Origin: Octopus sinensis
Taxonomy: Eukaryota
Direction: 5' to 3'
DNA: 64,000 nt
NCBI RefSeq assembly: GCF_006345805.1
Contig: NW_021832979.1
Span: 1 to 64,000 of the forward strand
Shown here piece after piece: positions 1-13,209 of the stretch; within the stretch, counting starts at the first letter, position 1, and each line of letters begins with the position of its first letter. Made by a program: the position numbers and the translations under genes. The notes under the pieces were generated by a model. It had not been told where the DNA came from. It searched no databases and saw nothing but the letters and a program-made list of their open reading frames with translations.

Positions 1-360
1 TATATATATATTTATATGAGAATATATATTTTTGCATATTATATGAATATATTATACACAATCACACAAACAGAACCATTGTATAAATACATATACATAC
101 ACTATATAACCACCCATACACACATACGTATTTGTATGTATGGATGTATCTATGTATGTACGTATGTGTAGGCGTAAAGTTGTTACAAAATACTAGATGA
201 AGGTTATTCTAGCGTAACTTCTTTTCCAGCACGTCGACAATCAATAATAGGCGGTATGGAGAAGTAGCGAACATGATGGAAAAATACATACTTCACAAAT
301 TAACTGGGCATAAGTTCAGAAAAAGTCTGGTATAAGAAGAATTGTTAACTTCCTTTTTTT

Positions 361-552
361 ATGGATAATGTGGTATTTAAATAACGTGTATCTCTTAAAT
401 AATATGTTGTTTCTTAGATAATGTGAATTTTCTTAAGTAAAGAGATATTTCTTTAAGAATGGGATAATGTTTTTTATCTTTTTAGATACTGTGTTATTTC
501 TTAAATAATGTGGTAGGCCTTAGATAATGTAGTGTTTCACAGATAATGTGGT
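361..552 (+). repeat. Degenerate ~20-bp minisatellite (core AGATAATGTG)
   Basis: Recurrent gataatgt/aataatgt motifs about every 20 bp. Confidence 0.55.
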
Positions 553-1069
553 AACATCAAGTTTGCTTGCTCTAATGCGCTAGGTAATCACTTGTAGATT
601 AGACTTGCTTCTTGTATGTTGTCTGATTACGACGAATGGTAACTAATGAAGATACTTCTGGAGCTTTGCATATCTTCACAATCCTTAGTCATTTCGAAAG
701 CAAGAAAATTTAAACCAGAAAATATATAAAGATGCAAGTAACCTCTCTTCCTGAAGACTCCTGGCCTTGGCTCAAATTTGAAACCATTATTATTAAAAAA
801 TGGTTGTGCTAATATATATAAATCGATAAAATGAAGTTTTACAAATCGATAAATGAAGTATGTACAAAAGCTAGCCGAGTTCAACTTGTATCACTAATCA
901 TACTTTAAATAGCATTAGTTTAAAATACTAGGATGTATAACATTTAAAAGGTACATATAATGGCATTATCTGTAATAGTTTGTCTCAGGAACACTTCTCA
1001 AAGAAAAATCCTTCTCATATATATATATATATATTATATATATATATATATATAATTAATAATAATAAT

Positions 1070-1452
1070 ATTAGGGAATAAATCCAAACTTACAGGGAAA
1101 AATTAGATTTAGGATTAATCCAATTTTATAATATATTATATTAAATTAGAGAAAAACCACTATTAAGCAAATCAAACAGTGAAAAACATAAGCCAATACA
1201 TAAAATTAAAAACATATTAAAGTTAAAAATTAAAAAATTATTTAAATAATTTAAACTTGTAAATTTTAAATATATATATATACAAATATATATATATGTA
1301 TGTATATTTTTATATTTATATATTATTTTATTTAATAATTTATTTATTTATATATATATATAGATGTATTTTTAAAAAATAAATATCAAAAGTATTAAAA
1401 GTTTAATAAAAGATAAAGAGTAATATTTGCCTAATAGTGGTTTTATCTCTAT

Positions 1453-1456
<4 letters not shown>
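1070..1456. repeat. (TA)n-embedded interspersed repeat ends with an imperfect ~32-bp inverted pair
   Basis: 1141-1172 ttaaattagagaaaaaccactattaagcaaat is the near reverse complement of 1425-1456; the same two modules recur at 12220-12322. Confidence 0.6.
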
Positions 1457-1498
<42 letters not shown>

Positions 1499-1649
1499 TA
1501 TATATAATATATCTATATATATATATATATATATATAGTGTGTAGTTTTACAGCTTAGCCAGTTTTGTACAAAAGAGTAAATGTTTTTTTTGCCGATTTC
1601 TATAGCGGAAAGGATATTTTTGAACTTAGTTCAAAATGCTCAGATTTAT

Positions 1650-1696
1650 TTATCACTGAGGGAGGCCAAACGATGTCGAAACAATACGCCTGATGA
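1650..1696 (+). ncRNA. Degenerate type I hammerhead ribozyme relic
   Basis: Stem I ttatca/tgatga, core CUGAGGG (A9 to G), extra A, stem II ggc/gtc, GAAAC-aatac-GCC (U16.1 to C). Confidence 0.45.
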
Positions 1697-2074
1697 TCTT
1701 CCGACGACGTTCTGAGTAACCTCTCTCTTCTTTAACATGCAGAGCTCTTGTAAAATTTCTGTGAGACAAAATATAACTGTTAGCCCCTGTCTACATTATG
1801 AATATTATACACACCATTATAGCTTGGCCATTTTGGCCAATTTCAGAATAAATTAGTGAATGTTGTATACGCTGACATCCATAGGGCAATAAAGATTACA
1901 GATTGGCTTAGAATCTATAGAAGCTTTGTCACTGTGGTGCAAAGTCAGTCTGAAACAAAAGTATTTGACCATCGGCCACTGATATCTAGAGCGAGGTGTG
2001 TGGCGGTTTACACGGAAATTTCTTTGAGAAATTTTTCCCAGACAAAATTTTGCGATTTGCTGTTATTCCACATT

Positions 2075-3681
2075 TTGTATATACATTATACATTCCACAC
2101 TTTGTATATACATTATACATATCATACATTATACTTATCATATACATTATACATATCATATACATTATACATATACATTATATACATTATACATGTACAT
2201 TATAAATATACATATACATTATACATATACATATACATTATACATATACATTATACGTATACATTATACGTATACATTATACGTATACATTATACATTAT
2301 ACATATACATGATACATTATACATTATACATATACATGATACATTATACATTATACATATACATTATATACATTATACATATACATTATATACGTTATAC
2401 ATATACATTATATACATTAAACATATACATTATATACATTATACATGTACATTATAAATATACACATACATTATACATATACATTATACGTATACATTAT
2501 ACATTATACATTATACATAACCATTATACATATACATTATACATATACATTATATACATTATACATATACATTATATACATTATACATATGCATTATATA
2601 CATTATACATATACATTGTATACATTATACATATACATTATATAATATACATATACCTATGATATACATTATACATATACATTGTATACATATGAAATAC
2701 ATATACATTATATACATTATACATATGCATTATTACTGATACATTCTACATAAACATTAACATTTATACATTGTATACATTATACAATATATTATATACA
2801 TTATACATATACATTGTATACATTATACATATACATTATATACATTATACATTATACATTATACATAACCATTATACATATACATTATACATATACATTG
2901 TATACATTATACATATACATTATATACATTATACATATACATTGTACACATTATACATATACATTGTATACATTATACATATACATTATATACATTATAC
3001 ATATACATTGTATACATTATACATATGCATTATATACATTATACATATACATTGTATACATTATACATATACATTATATACATTATACATTATACATTAT
3101 ACATAACCATTATACATATACATTATACATATACATTATATACATTATACATATACATTATATACATTATACATATACATTATATACATTATACATATGC
3201 ATTATATACATTATACATATACATTATATACATTATACATATGCATTATATACATTATACATATACATTGTATACATTATACATATGCATTATATACATT
3301 ATACATTATACATAAACATTATACATTATACATTATATACATTATACATATACATTATATACATTATACATATACATTATATACATTATACATATACATT
3401 ATACATATACATTATACATGTACATTATACATATACATTATACATATACATTATACATTATACATACACATTATACATATACATTATACATATACGTTAT
3501 ACATTATACATACACATTATACATATACATTATACATATACATTATACATATACATTATACATTATACATACACATTATACATATACATTATACATATAC
3601 ATTATACATATACATTATACATATACATTGTACACATTATACATATACATTAAACATATCATATACATTATACTTATCATA
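2075..3681 (+). repeat. 1.6-kb satellite of TACAT/TATACAT units
   Basis: Continuous 5-7-bp units with higher-order ~20-bp periodicity; nearly G-free strand. Confidence 0.95.
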
Positions 3682-4139
3682 CACGCGGTTATTCTAACCC
3701 AACTCTGTTCAAAGTGTATTTATTAATTTAATTTGAACTTGTCCACCTTTCACTCAAAGCAGTAGATGTTTTATATATTGATTTCGATAGCGGAGCGAAT
3801 TAAGTTCAGTTTATCATTTCCCGGTATGTCCGTCATGGAGGTGACCAAATTACGTACAACCACTGTATCTAATGACCTTCCAGTGATATTTTTAAGTGGG
3901 GTCTGAGTATTTCTACTCTTTTTCACACTCTGGTCTCTTTGAAAAATTCATTTGAAGCAAAATATTAGTTAGCACCGATTTTTTTTTTTTGTTATACACT
4001 GTAAATGTTATACAACCTCGAAATTTCTAGCCTCGTGCCTAAATCAGAAACTTTATATTCGTATTCATATTTATGAAATGCGTACAAAGGTTTCTATGAC
4101 TCAAATGTTATTATGCGGATGTATATATATATATATATA

Positions 4140-4152
4140 TATATAATATATG

Positions 4153-4193
<41 letters not shown>

Positions 4194-4357
4194 TGTGTCT
4201 GTGTGTGTAGTATGTATATATATAATTATCTATACTAATTTTGTGTGTATATATATTTATGTGTTAATATATATATATATATATTTATATATATATTATA
4301 TATATACACAAACAATTGTGTATATTTATATTCATACACATTTTTATATATCAATGT

Positions 4358-4391
<34 letters not shown>

Positions 4392-4426
4392 TACATACAT
4401 ATATACATATTCATTTCAATACATGC

Positions 4427-4457
<31 letters not shown>

Positions 4458-5435
4458 AGCATACACACATATATATATACATATAATTATATAGACACAG
4501 ATGTAATACACACACACACACACACACACATATCCACACACACAAACATCCACACAAATACTCACGCACGAAAATGTCGTTTGAAGTCTAATTTAATAAT
4601 ATTTAGTAGTTTTGATGAGAGCGGCGGCACAAATGTCCAGATAAACATTTCAGATACTTATTATATAATACATGAAATAATATATATTAACCACAATCTT
4701 TCATCTGCTTTTAGTGACTTGCTACACTCCTGCGTATGTTCCTCACTTTTTACCGAGTCTTGCAATTCACCAATCGCCACGCTTTGATCTCTCTCTGGTT
4801 TGTTTGGTCTTTTACAATTTCGAGCGAGCGGTTTTTCTATTATTCTTATAGTTATTGGACGTAATTATGCATGTATGTGTGTGGATGTATGTGTGTGTAT
4901 TGGGTGTATGTATGTATGTATGTGTGTATGTATGTGTGTGTATTGGGTGTATGTATGTATGTATGTGTGTATGTATGTGTGTATGTATGTGTGTATATGT
5001 ATGTGTATGTGTCTTTGTATGTATGTGTGTAAGTATGTGTGTGTATGTATGTGTGTGTATGTTTGTGTATGTATGTATGTGTGGGCGTGTGCATGTTTGT
5101 GTGTATGTATGTATCTATGTGTGTATGTATGAGTGTGCGTGTGTATGTATGTATGTATGTAAGTATGTATGTATGTGTGTGTAAGTAGGTGTATGTATAT
5201 GTGTGCGCATGTATGTATGTATGTGTGTATGTGTGTGTGTATGAATGTATATATGTCTGTATGCGTGTATGAATGTATGTATATGCATGTATGCATATAT
5301 GTAAGTATGTATATGTATGTGTGTGCATGCACATATGTATGTACGTATGTGTGTGTGTATGCATGGATATATGTATGTATGCATGTGTGTGCATGTGTTT
5401 GTGTGTGCCTGTTTGTACGCGTGTGTTTGTGTGCA
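4140..5435. repeat. Compound (TG)n/(TA)n/(CA)n/(TATG)n microsatellite blocks
   Basis: Direct reading; a unique spacer lies at ~4560-4860. Confidence 0.9.
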
Positions 5436-6031
5436 CGACAAGTTTCCAAAGTTTCCGGCTGCCAGATTCCTTCCCCCATATATCTATTGGGCCGCGGTTA
5501 TGGTAGAAAACACCTTGCCAAGGTATTATGCATTGAAACTCAACCCGAAAATCTGGTTGTTTAGTGAGCTTTATAATTACTCAGTCACCTCTGTATAAGT
5601 GGCTATACCTTTCTGAGAATAGTCACTTATATACATGTGACTGAGTCTATATAAGACGTGACTATATAGTCTTTATAGTCTATATAGATGTGATTGAGTC
5701 CATATTCCTTTCTGCGAATCGATTGCAAATCGATCAGACAAGATCTAGAAAACGACTTCGTGAATTATAGACTGAAGAAAGTGAAACAGGTTAGAGAAGA
5801 AAGGAAAAGTTTAAAATGTTAAAGCGATGCTGGAGTGAGCTGGCATTTCGTCAGAGATGACGTCGCTTAAGAAGCAACGACAGACGAAGGGGAGACAGAA
5901 GAGGCATGTAAAAATCTTGTACACCAACATTTAAAAACAATCTTCATTGACTATCGATCCTCCATCGTAGCAAATGTTGAAATAAGTGCTACCTATTCTG
6001 GGGAGTCTACGAAAAACACCGAACTCTGAAA

Positions 6032-6065
<34 letters not shown>

Positions 6066-6101
6066 ATGTGGTTATATATACTATATGCATATGTAGATAC
6101 T

Positions 6102-6153
<52 letters not shown>

Positions 6154-6154
<1 letters not shown>

Positions 6155-6402
6155 CGTTGCTATTATGGTAAACTGTCCTATGTCCAAATTTGGCCAAATG
6201 CTGTTTTCTCAATATATATCTTTGCTTACAATAGCTGATTATTTTGGTCAATCTATCGTATCTCCAGCTGCTTAAGATGTCAAGATATCAAAAATTGTCA
6301 AAGTGTAGAACAACGGTTTTGCTATGGAAAGGTGGAACTATTTTCCCGTTTTCTGAAGAAGCAAAATTTTTGCCTAACGACACTTTTGCATAATAGCAAC
6401 GA
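6154..6402. mobile_element. Possible ~250-bp MITE-like insertion in (TA)n
   Basis: Terminal inverted 12-mers tcgttgctatta (6154-6165) and taatagcaacga (6391-6402), both abutting (TA)n. Confidence 0.4.
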
Positions 6403-6427
6403 TATATATATATATATATATATATAG

Positions 6428-6625
6428 TTAATCCAAACATGAAAACATAAAGGGAAAGCACAACAGCGCGAGGACGGGGAACAAGTATAGAGTTATTGGA
6501 CGCTCAGAGAAGGAAAGAAAGAAGGAGGATTTAACGTTTTGAGCGGAGCTCTTCGTCAGAAACATAAGAAAAGCAAAGATCCAAGGAAGGGAAGACGGAG
6601 GGAAAAATCGCCAACGATACACACG
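6428..6625 (-). mobile_element. Short Penelope-derived repeat with minimal hammerhead-like motif (family H3)
   Basis: Minus strand CUGACGA-A-GAGC-ucc-GCUC-AAAAC-GUU at 6530-6562; homologous to 9060-9225, 43455-43660 and 56600-56710; ends in (TA)n. Confidence 0.55.
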
Positions 6626-6651
6626 CGGTCATGTGTGTGTATGTGTGTGTA

Positions 6652-6684
<33 letters not shown>

Positions 6685-7367
6685 TCATATAAACAAGGTT
6701 AAAATAATGTAAATGATAATATCAAATGGCCAACATGATATAAGACCTTGTGGTTAAATTATACTAAAATAATAATTATATATATAAATTATAGAATTAT
6801 ATAAGAGAACAGGAAAAATTTCTGCTCCAACATGTTGTTAGAATACACCAAAAAGCGTTATTTAAGAAGAGGGTTTTATAGCCTGTTAGCCACATGATAT
6901 TATGAATTAGATGATTTTATCATTGTTTATATGAATAATTAAAATATTTATGCTCCGGATCGGAACTACATTGCTTTGAGTTTGTTCCGGTTAAAAAAAT
7001 ATGCGGCTGAAAAGAAAGGTAAAAGTTTGACTTTATTTAGAAGCATAAGCGCGGATATTTGCAAATGATCGTACGAATTTGTTTCGTGGGGTTATGTTTA
7101 AACATTCGTAAATAGGTTTCTTTGAATATTGTGCTGGGTATGAGAAATAAGCTATTTTACTGCTTTAATCTCGAAATTGGACCAATACACAGTTGACTGT
7201 GGAGTTTTATTTTGTATTTATCATTTGCCTTTCTACAACCCATATTTTGCAGGAACTAAAGGTGGTTTCATTACGTTTATTGACGAATTCTTACAACATG
7301 TTGGAGCAAGAGTTTTTCTTGTTCCCTTCTGTAATTATATAATTTATATATATAATTAATTTTTAGT

Positions 7368-7415
<48 letters not shown>

Positions 7416-7468
7416 CCTTCATACATGTATGTACGTATATATATATATATGTAAATATAATTTTTAGT

Positions 7469-7503
<35 letters not shown>

Positions 7504-7549
7504 CCTTTATATATGTATGTACGTATATATATATATGTAAATATATGCT

Positions 7550-7830
7550 ACTAGAGCCTTGGGCCGACCAAAGCCTTGTGAGAGGATTTGGTAGATGGAA
7601 ACTGAAAGAAGCCCATCGTATGTTCGTATGTATATGTTTGTTTCTGTGTTTGTACCTCCAGCATCGCTTGACAACAGATGATGGTGTGTTTACGTCCATG
7701 TAACCTAGCGGATTGGCAAAAGAGACTGATAGAATAAGTACTAGTCTTAGAAAGAATAAGTCCTAGGGTCGAGTGCTCCAGAATGGCTGCATTCAAATGT
7801 CTGAAACAAGTACAAGAATAAATTAATAAA
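7550..7830 (+). mobile_element. tRNA-derived SINE, family B (5' truncated)
   Basis: ggccgaccaaagccttgtgag...gaaactgaaagaagccc...ggggtcga stem...gaaacaagta tail, shared with the full copy at 49984-50432. Confidence 0.85.
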
Positions 7831-8528
7831 ATACACACACATATACATATATATGTGTGTGTGTATTTGTGTGTCTGTATATCTGTGTGTGTCAGTGTGT
7901 CTGCGTGCTTGTCTCTTTTTCCTTTCATATAATTTTATTGATAGTATTAGATTGATCTTTCATCCGAATACAACCACCACCACCACCACCAAAACCACCA
8001 CCACAACAACAACAATACCAACAGCAGCAGCAGCAACAACAAAAACAACAACACAGAAAACTATAGTTTTTACTAGTGCCATCACCAACCACCCTGGCAC
8101 TAAGATCAATTCCGCCTACAATAACAAATACTCGCAACATTACTGCCTCCATCTTTAAAGAGCTTAGTAGAAGATACTGTGAATGATTTTGTGACGTTCA
8201 TTCTTTGATTGTCGAATGACATAAAAGACGAGAGTCGGGGTTTTTGATGTCTTTTGAGAGAGACGAAGGGGAATATAGAGAAGAAAAGAGTTCAAAATGA
8301 AGGAATTAATGAAAACATATTGAAGGAAATGGAATGGTGAGATACTCCAGGCATGGCTGTTTGGTTAGGAGGCTCTCTTGGTGGTTTCCTGGTTTCGGTT
8401 CCACTCCCAGTGCCTGGCAATTTGGGTTTGTGTCTTCTACTATAACAGCACGTTGAATGATATCTTGTGAGTGGGTTTCGTTGACGAAAACTATGAGAGC
8501 ACGTAGCTTATATGCATACATACATACA

Positions 8529-8705
8529 TTATTATTATTATGGCTGCCCCCTCGTTATCGAGTATGGCCATTGCACGAAGCTTAGCTGTTACTGGTGCTG
8601 TGATCGAATGTGACTTTTTAGCCCAGCTAAAGATCTACAATGTCTTGTACAGAATTGGTAACTAAAACCTTTACCGGTAATATCCGGCTGTAGTTGTAAC
8701 TGGGC
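8529..8705 (-). mobile_element. 3' end of RTE-clade LINE
   Basis: Minus strand ...FSYQFCTRHCRSLAGLKSHIRSQHQ* (C-terminal Zn-finger relic), short 3' UTR and (TAA)n tail. Confidence 0.7.
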
Positions 8706-9059
8706 TTCATGTACCTTTGCATGTCGTTTAATTATACATACATACATACTACATACATACATACATACATACATACATACATACATACATTCATACATAC
8801 ATATATATATCTTTCGTTTTTGGATTTGGTTTGCAAGATTCTTTATGTGAGTTCGTGTGTTGAAGTATATTCTGTTGTGTCTGGGGAGAATCAAGACTAT
8901 TGAAATGGTTGCAACACGCAAAGAAAATTGTAGGAAATTGTAGGAAAAGAGAAATAAGTCAGTGTGTTAAATTATAAGGCACAAAAAGAAAATGACTCTC
9001 CCCAGACAAAACAGTATATATATAGGCGCCATGATAGATCGTTAGCTACTACACACATT

Positions 9060-9225
9060 TTTTTCTCTCCTTGTTTTTTTCTGTGTCCCTTTCTGTAGAA
9101 GAGCTTAGGCTCGAAACGTAAAAGACTTTTTCTATTCCTGAGCGTTATACTAATACATCTGTTTGTTTGTACACCACCTGCCTTCGTTTTTTGTTTATTT
9201 TCGTAAACTTTCTCTTTATATATAT
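9060..9225 (+). mobile_element. Family H3 copy with minimal hammerhead-like motif at 9089-9124
   Basis: cttt-CUGUAGA-A-GAGC-uuag-GCUC-GAAAC-GUA-aaag; perfect 4-bp stem I; ends in a TA tract. Confidence 0.55.
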
Positions 9226-9965
9226 TTATATACATGCATACATACACATGCACACATACAAGTGACACGAGAAACTGTGTCCATTATAACCTTCGAACAG
9301 GGGAGCTCAGCCACTTCTCCTTGCTGGTGTTGCATCAACAGTTTCGGGGTAGTCTGTAGATGCAACAGGTCCGTGAGTCACAGCTAGCTAGATGCGATGG
9401 CCTCTTGGAGCTAATCAACGGCAACATTCGTCCAATTTTTCTGGACTGCCATGTTAGCTTAGCGATAACTATTAATATCCAGTACCCACTGCCGTAGTTT
9501 CCCTTAGAGAGGCTTAGAAATATTAATATTTCTAATAACGACTGTGTTCAACTAAATAGTATAAAGAGGTACTCCAGTATGGCCGCTGTCCAGTGACTGA
9601 AACATCTAAAACATTTAAAGATAAATGATAAACGTACATATACATACAAACAGACATAAAGACATACGTACATACAAATGTATGTGTGTGTGCGAGCGCG
9701 TGTCTTCGAAACACGCATTGGGTCGAAACAGGGGCAGCTGAAGAAGGGGAATTTTCCTTGTGTTGTATGTCTTGTACTCTGTTTTTTCGTTGTTAAATGA
9801 AAGCCCGTTTCCTTGTTTTGTTCTTATGTTTTCGTTTCTCGTTGTATTCTACGTTTATTTGTGGTGTCTTGAACCCATACATACATGTATATATACATAT
9901 AGATGTATGTATGTATGTATGTATGTATGTATGTATGTATGCATATGTTTTATTTATCAAATTGT

Positions 9966-10019
<54 letters not shown>

Positions 10020-10479
10020 GTATATATGCTTACGTGCATACATGCACATATAAAATCACGTACACACACACATACAATCACACACAGGTATATACGATAA
10101 TGTAGATACATGCTTTCATGTATGCGTGCTTGAGTATATTTGAGTGTATATGTGTGCGTATATAAGTGTATGTGTGTGTGTGCATATAAATATAATTTAT
10201 ATTTATAGCTTTTCTGCGAAAACACAAATAAATAAATAAATGTTGAAATATATAAATAAAATAGAGAAATAAATGAATAGAACTACATTATCGCATTTAT
10301 GGCATTCTTATAAGCTGATATTGTTTTGTATATTAATACAGGGACTGATCATATAATACGACTTTATTGAACTCCGTCATTTTGGGCACATTAAAACTCG
10401 AGATATTAAACATTGAAATAAAATATATTTTCGGCTATCAAACGATTTTCAAAGAATTATGCGTTATCGAAAATTTGGC

Positions 10480-10813
10480 GATAACTGGCAATCCATCGAT
10501 TACAACGACGAAGGTACCAGTTGATCTGATCATCGGAACAGCCCGCTCGTGAAATTGATATTCGAGTGGCTGGGTACTCCACAGACGCGCGTAACCTTTA
10601 ACGTAGTTCTCTCTGAGTTTCAGCGTCACACAGAATGTGACATGACTGGCCCGTTTGAATTACAGGTAACACACATTTTTTGCTAGCTGAATGGACTGCT
10701 AGTAACCTGAAAAGAAGTGTCTTGCTCAAGCACTCAACGTACCTCGTTGAATCGAACTCACGGACTTAGGGTCGTGAGCCAAATGCACTAATCGCTAAGC
10801 CACGCGCCTTCAC
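10480..10813 (-). mobile_element. tRNA-derived SINE
   Basis: Head gtgaaggcgcgtggcttagcgattag...gagttcgattc (A/B box-like). Confidence 0.7.
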
Positions 10814-10904
10814 AATTTTGGTGATATTGTTAAGGAGAGTATACTTAAGATCAAAAATGGTCCATCCATGACCACCCTTTGAAAGTCATGTTATATCATA
10901 TATA

Positions 10905-11235
10905 AAAGAGTAAAGATACCCCTGGTTCATGAATAAACATGGGACTGCCCCTAGAAAGTTAACCTCCGAGGCACAAGTCTGGGCAAAGATGTTTATGGAA
11001 GACCAGTAGTCGCCCATGCGTACCAGCCACTCCGCACCACGTCACCGATATTATCCAAGAGGAAGGCAGAGGTCGATACAGCTTAGCACCAATGACATCG
11101 CAATTCATTTCTTCTGGAGTAACATGAAAATAAAATGTCTTGCTCCTGAAGACAACACACAACTCGGTCCAGGATTCGAACTCACCACCTCATGATTGTA
11201 AGCCCGACACTCTAACCACTGAGCCATGGGCCTTA
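10905..11235 (-). mobile_element. tRNA-derived SINE, family D
   Basis: Head ggcccatggctcagtggttagagtg...gagttcgaatcc; homologous to 33489-33823. Confidence 0.85.
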
Positions 11236-11420
11236 TATATGGAAAGAAATTACCCAGTTGGTCTATTCATAAGATAATAGTGACTAATGCTAGGAAAATT
11301 TAACTCATAAATCTAGGGGGTCAGCCAATCAAATATAGGGTCTTCATGGCCTCAAAACTTAGTTGGAATAACAGGTGATGTTTGTTTCTATGTATTTTTT
11401 CTTCTAATATTTGATTATTT

Positions 11421-11800
11421 TAAGGCGATGAGCTGGCAGAAACGTTAGCAACCGGGCAAAATGCTTAGCGGTATTTCGTCTGCCCCTACGTTCTGAGTTC
11501 AAATTCCGCCGAGGTCGACACTGCCTTTCATCCTTTCGGGGTCGATTAAATAAGTACCAGTTACGCACTGGTGTAGATATACTCGGCTTAATCCGTTTGT
11601 CTGTCCTTGTTTATCCTCTCTGTGTTTAGTAAAGAAATAGGTATTTCGTCTACTGCTACATTCTGAGTTCAAATTCCGTCGAGGTCGACTTTTCCTTTCA
11701 TAGATTTGGGGTCAATAAAGTAGCAGTTGCGTACTGGGAACGATCTAATTGACTGGTCCACTCCCCCAAAATTTCGAACTTTGTGTCTAGAGTAGAAAAA
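11421..11800 (+). mobile_element. Dimeric tRNA-derived SINE, family A, with 15-bp target-site duplication
   Basis: A/B-box head and two core units joined at aaagaaataggtatttcg; TSD aatatttgattattt at 11406-11420 and 11801-11815. Confidence 0.9.
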
Positions 11801-12177
11801 AATATTTGATTATTTCCAAACGTTGGATTGTGTTGATTGTGGGGTATGAAATTAAAGAGATTTGCAGACAAGTAAGAGTTCGTTATTCAGATTATCAAAA
11901 AGTAATTTACTAAGTCAGCAGTAATTGTGTCTGTGGCCATGAAGTTCCCCAAAACGGAACTAAAATTTAGGAGACAAATTGCGCAGAGGAGGGTAATCTA
12001 AATTTATGCTTTTAAAAACCCAAAGGGATTAAGGGCAGTTTGAATGATATTTGTTAAAGAAAAAATTCTACGCAAGAGAATACGTGCGTATATACGTACA
12101 CACAAGGATACATACTGCCATGCATACAAACATGAATACACACATACATGCATACATACATACATACATACATACAT

Positions 12178-12218
<41 letters not shown>

Positions 12219-12778
12219 TTAGAGACAAAACCACTATTATGCAAATCAAACAAAGAAAGACTTAATCCAATACAGTCCTAAATCTGATTTTTCCCTGTAA
12301 ATTTGGATTTATTCCCTAATATTTATATATATGTATATATATGTATATATATATGTATATATATATATATCTATATATGTATTTATGTATATATATGCAT
12401 ATATACATTTATATATATGTATGTATATATATATATAAATATAATTATATAAGAGAGAAAAATAATCACTCGTAAATATAACTATATATCTTAACATTCA
12501 TATATAAAAGTATAAATCTATTTCTATGTGTATACGCCATGCTTATATGAATAAAATATACCCTCACAAACGCATATTCACACACACACTCACACACATA
12601 GGCACGCGCGCTAACAGCCATAAACATATGGACACAGGGACCTGAACGGATATGTGTATATATATATATATATATATACGTACATCTATATATAGATAAA
12701 TATATATATATATATATATATGTATGAATGTATCTATATACATATATGTATATACATATATATGTGTGTTATATATAA

Positions 12779-12814
<36 letters not shown>

Positions 12815-12962
12815 CAAAAAGCAATAAAGATTCAAGTTATTTAAATGAATTTACTTGAATATGGTACCTAACTTAGATGCACCAAATAAAACTATACTGT
12901 TTTAACAATACAGTAATGTGGGGTGATTATAAGCGAGAAAGAAGCAACAAGAATGGTTAGGT

Positions 12963-13053
12963 TTTTAGTACAATCGTTTCATACAAGGACAGGCTTTATT
13001 AAAAGTTGTAAAAATTACAGCATATAAATGTGTCCCGTACTCATCAGCTAAAA
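12963..13053 (-). ncRNA. Type I hammerhead ribozyme (inverted pLTR copy)
   Basis: Reverse complement of 13548-13637 with intact core. Confidence 0.8.
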
Positions 13054-13209
13054 TACATGTGAGTTCTCTAGACATCCTAGTGGTTAAGGCTATACTCATG
13101 AAGTAATGAAGATAATTAAGTAACATAAACATATACAGATATCCAAAGTTCATTAAAGTTCTTTAAAGATGATGTACAGTCTTATCACAGAATTTTAAAA
13201 AATTTTTTA

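Noticed and set aside
627-884. 85-aa minus ORF, and a faint plus-strand resemblance (ALGNHL...C...KP) to a GIY-YIG C-terminus
   Set aside because: Multiple stops and too few conserved residues to support either call by eye.
1856-5598. Long H/Y/I/T- and C/V/M-rich ORFs, and similar ones throughout the window (e.g. 44059-45001, 53258-54050, 58430-58833)
   Set aside because: They are translations of TA/CA/TACAT/TATG/TATC microsatellites that lack stop codons by composition; no domain-like content.
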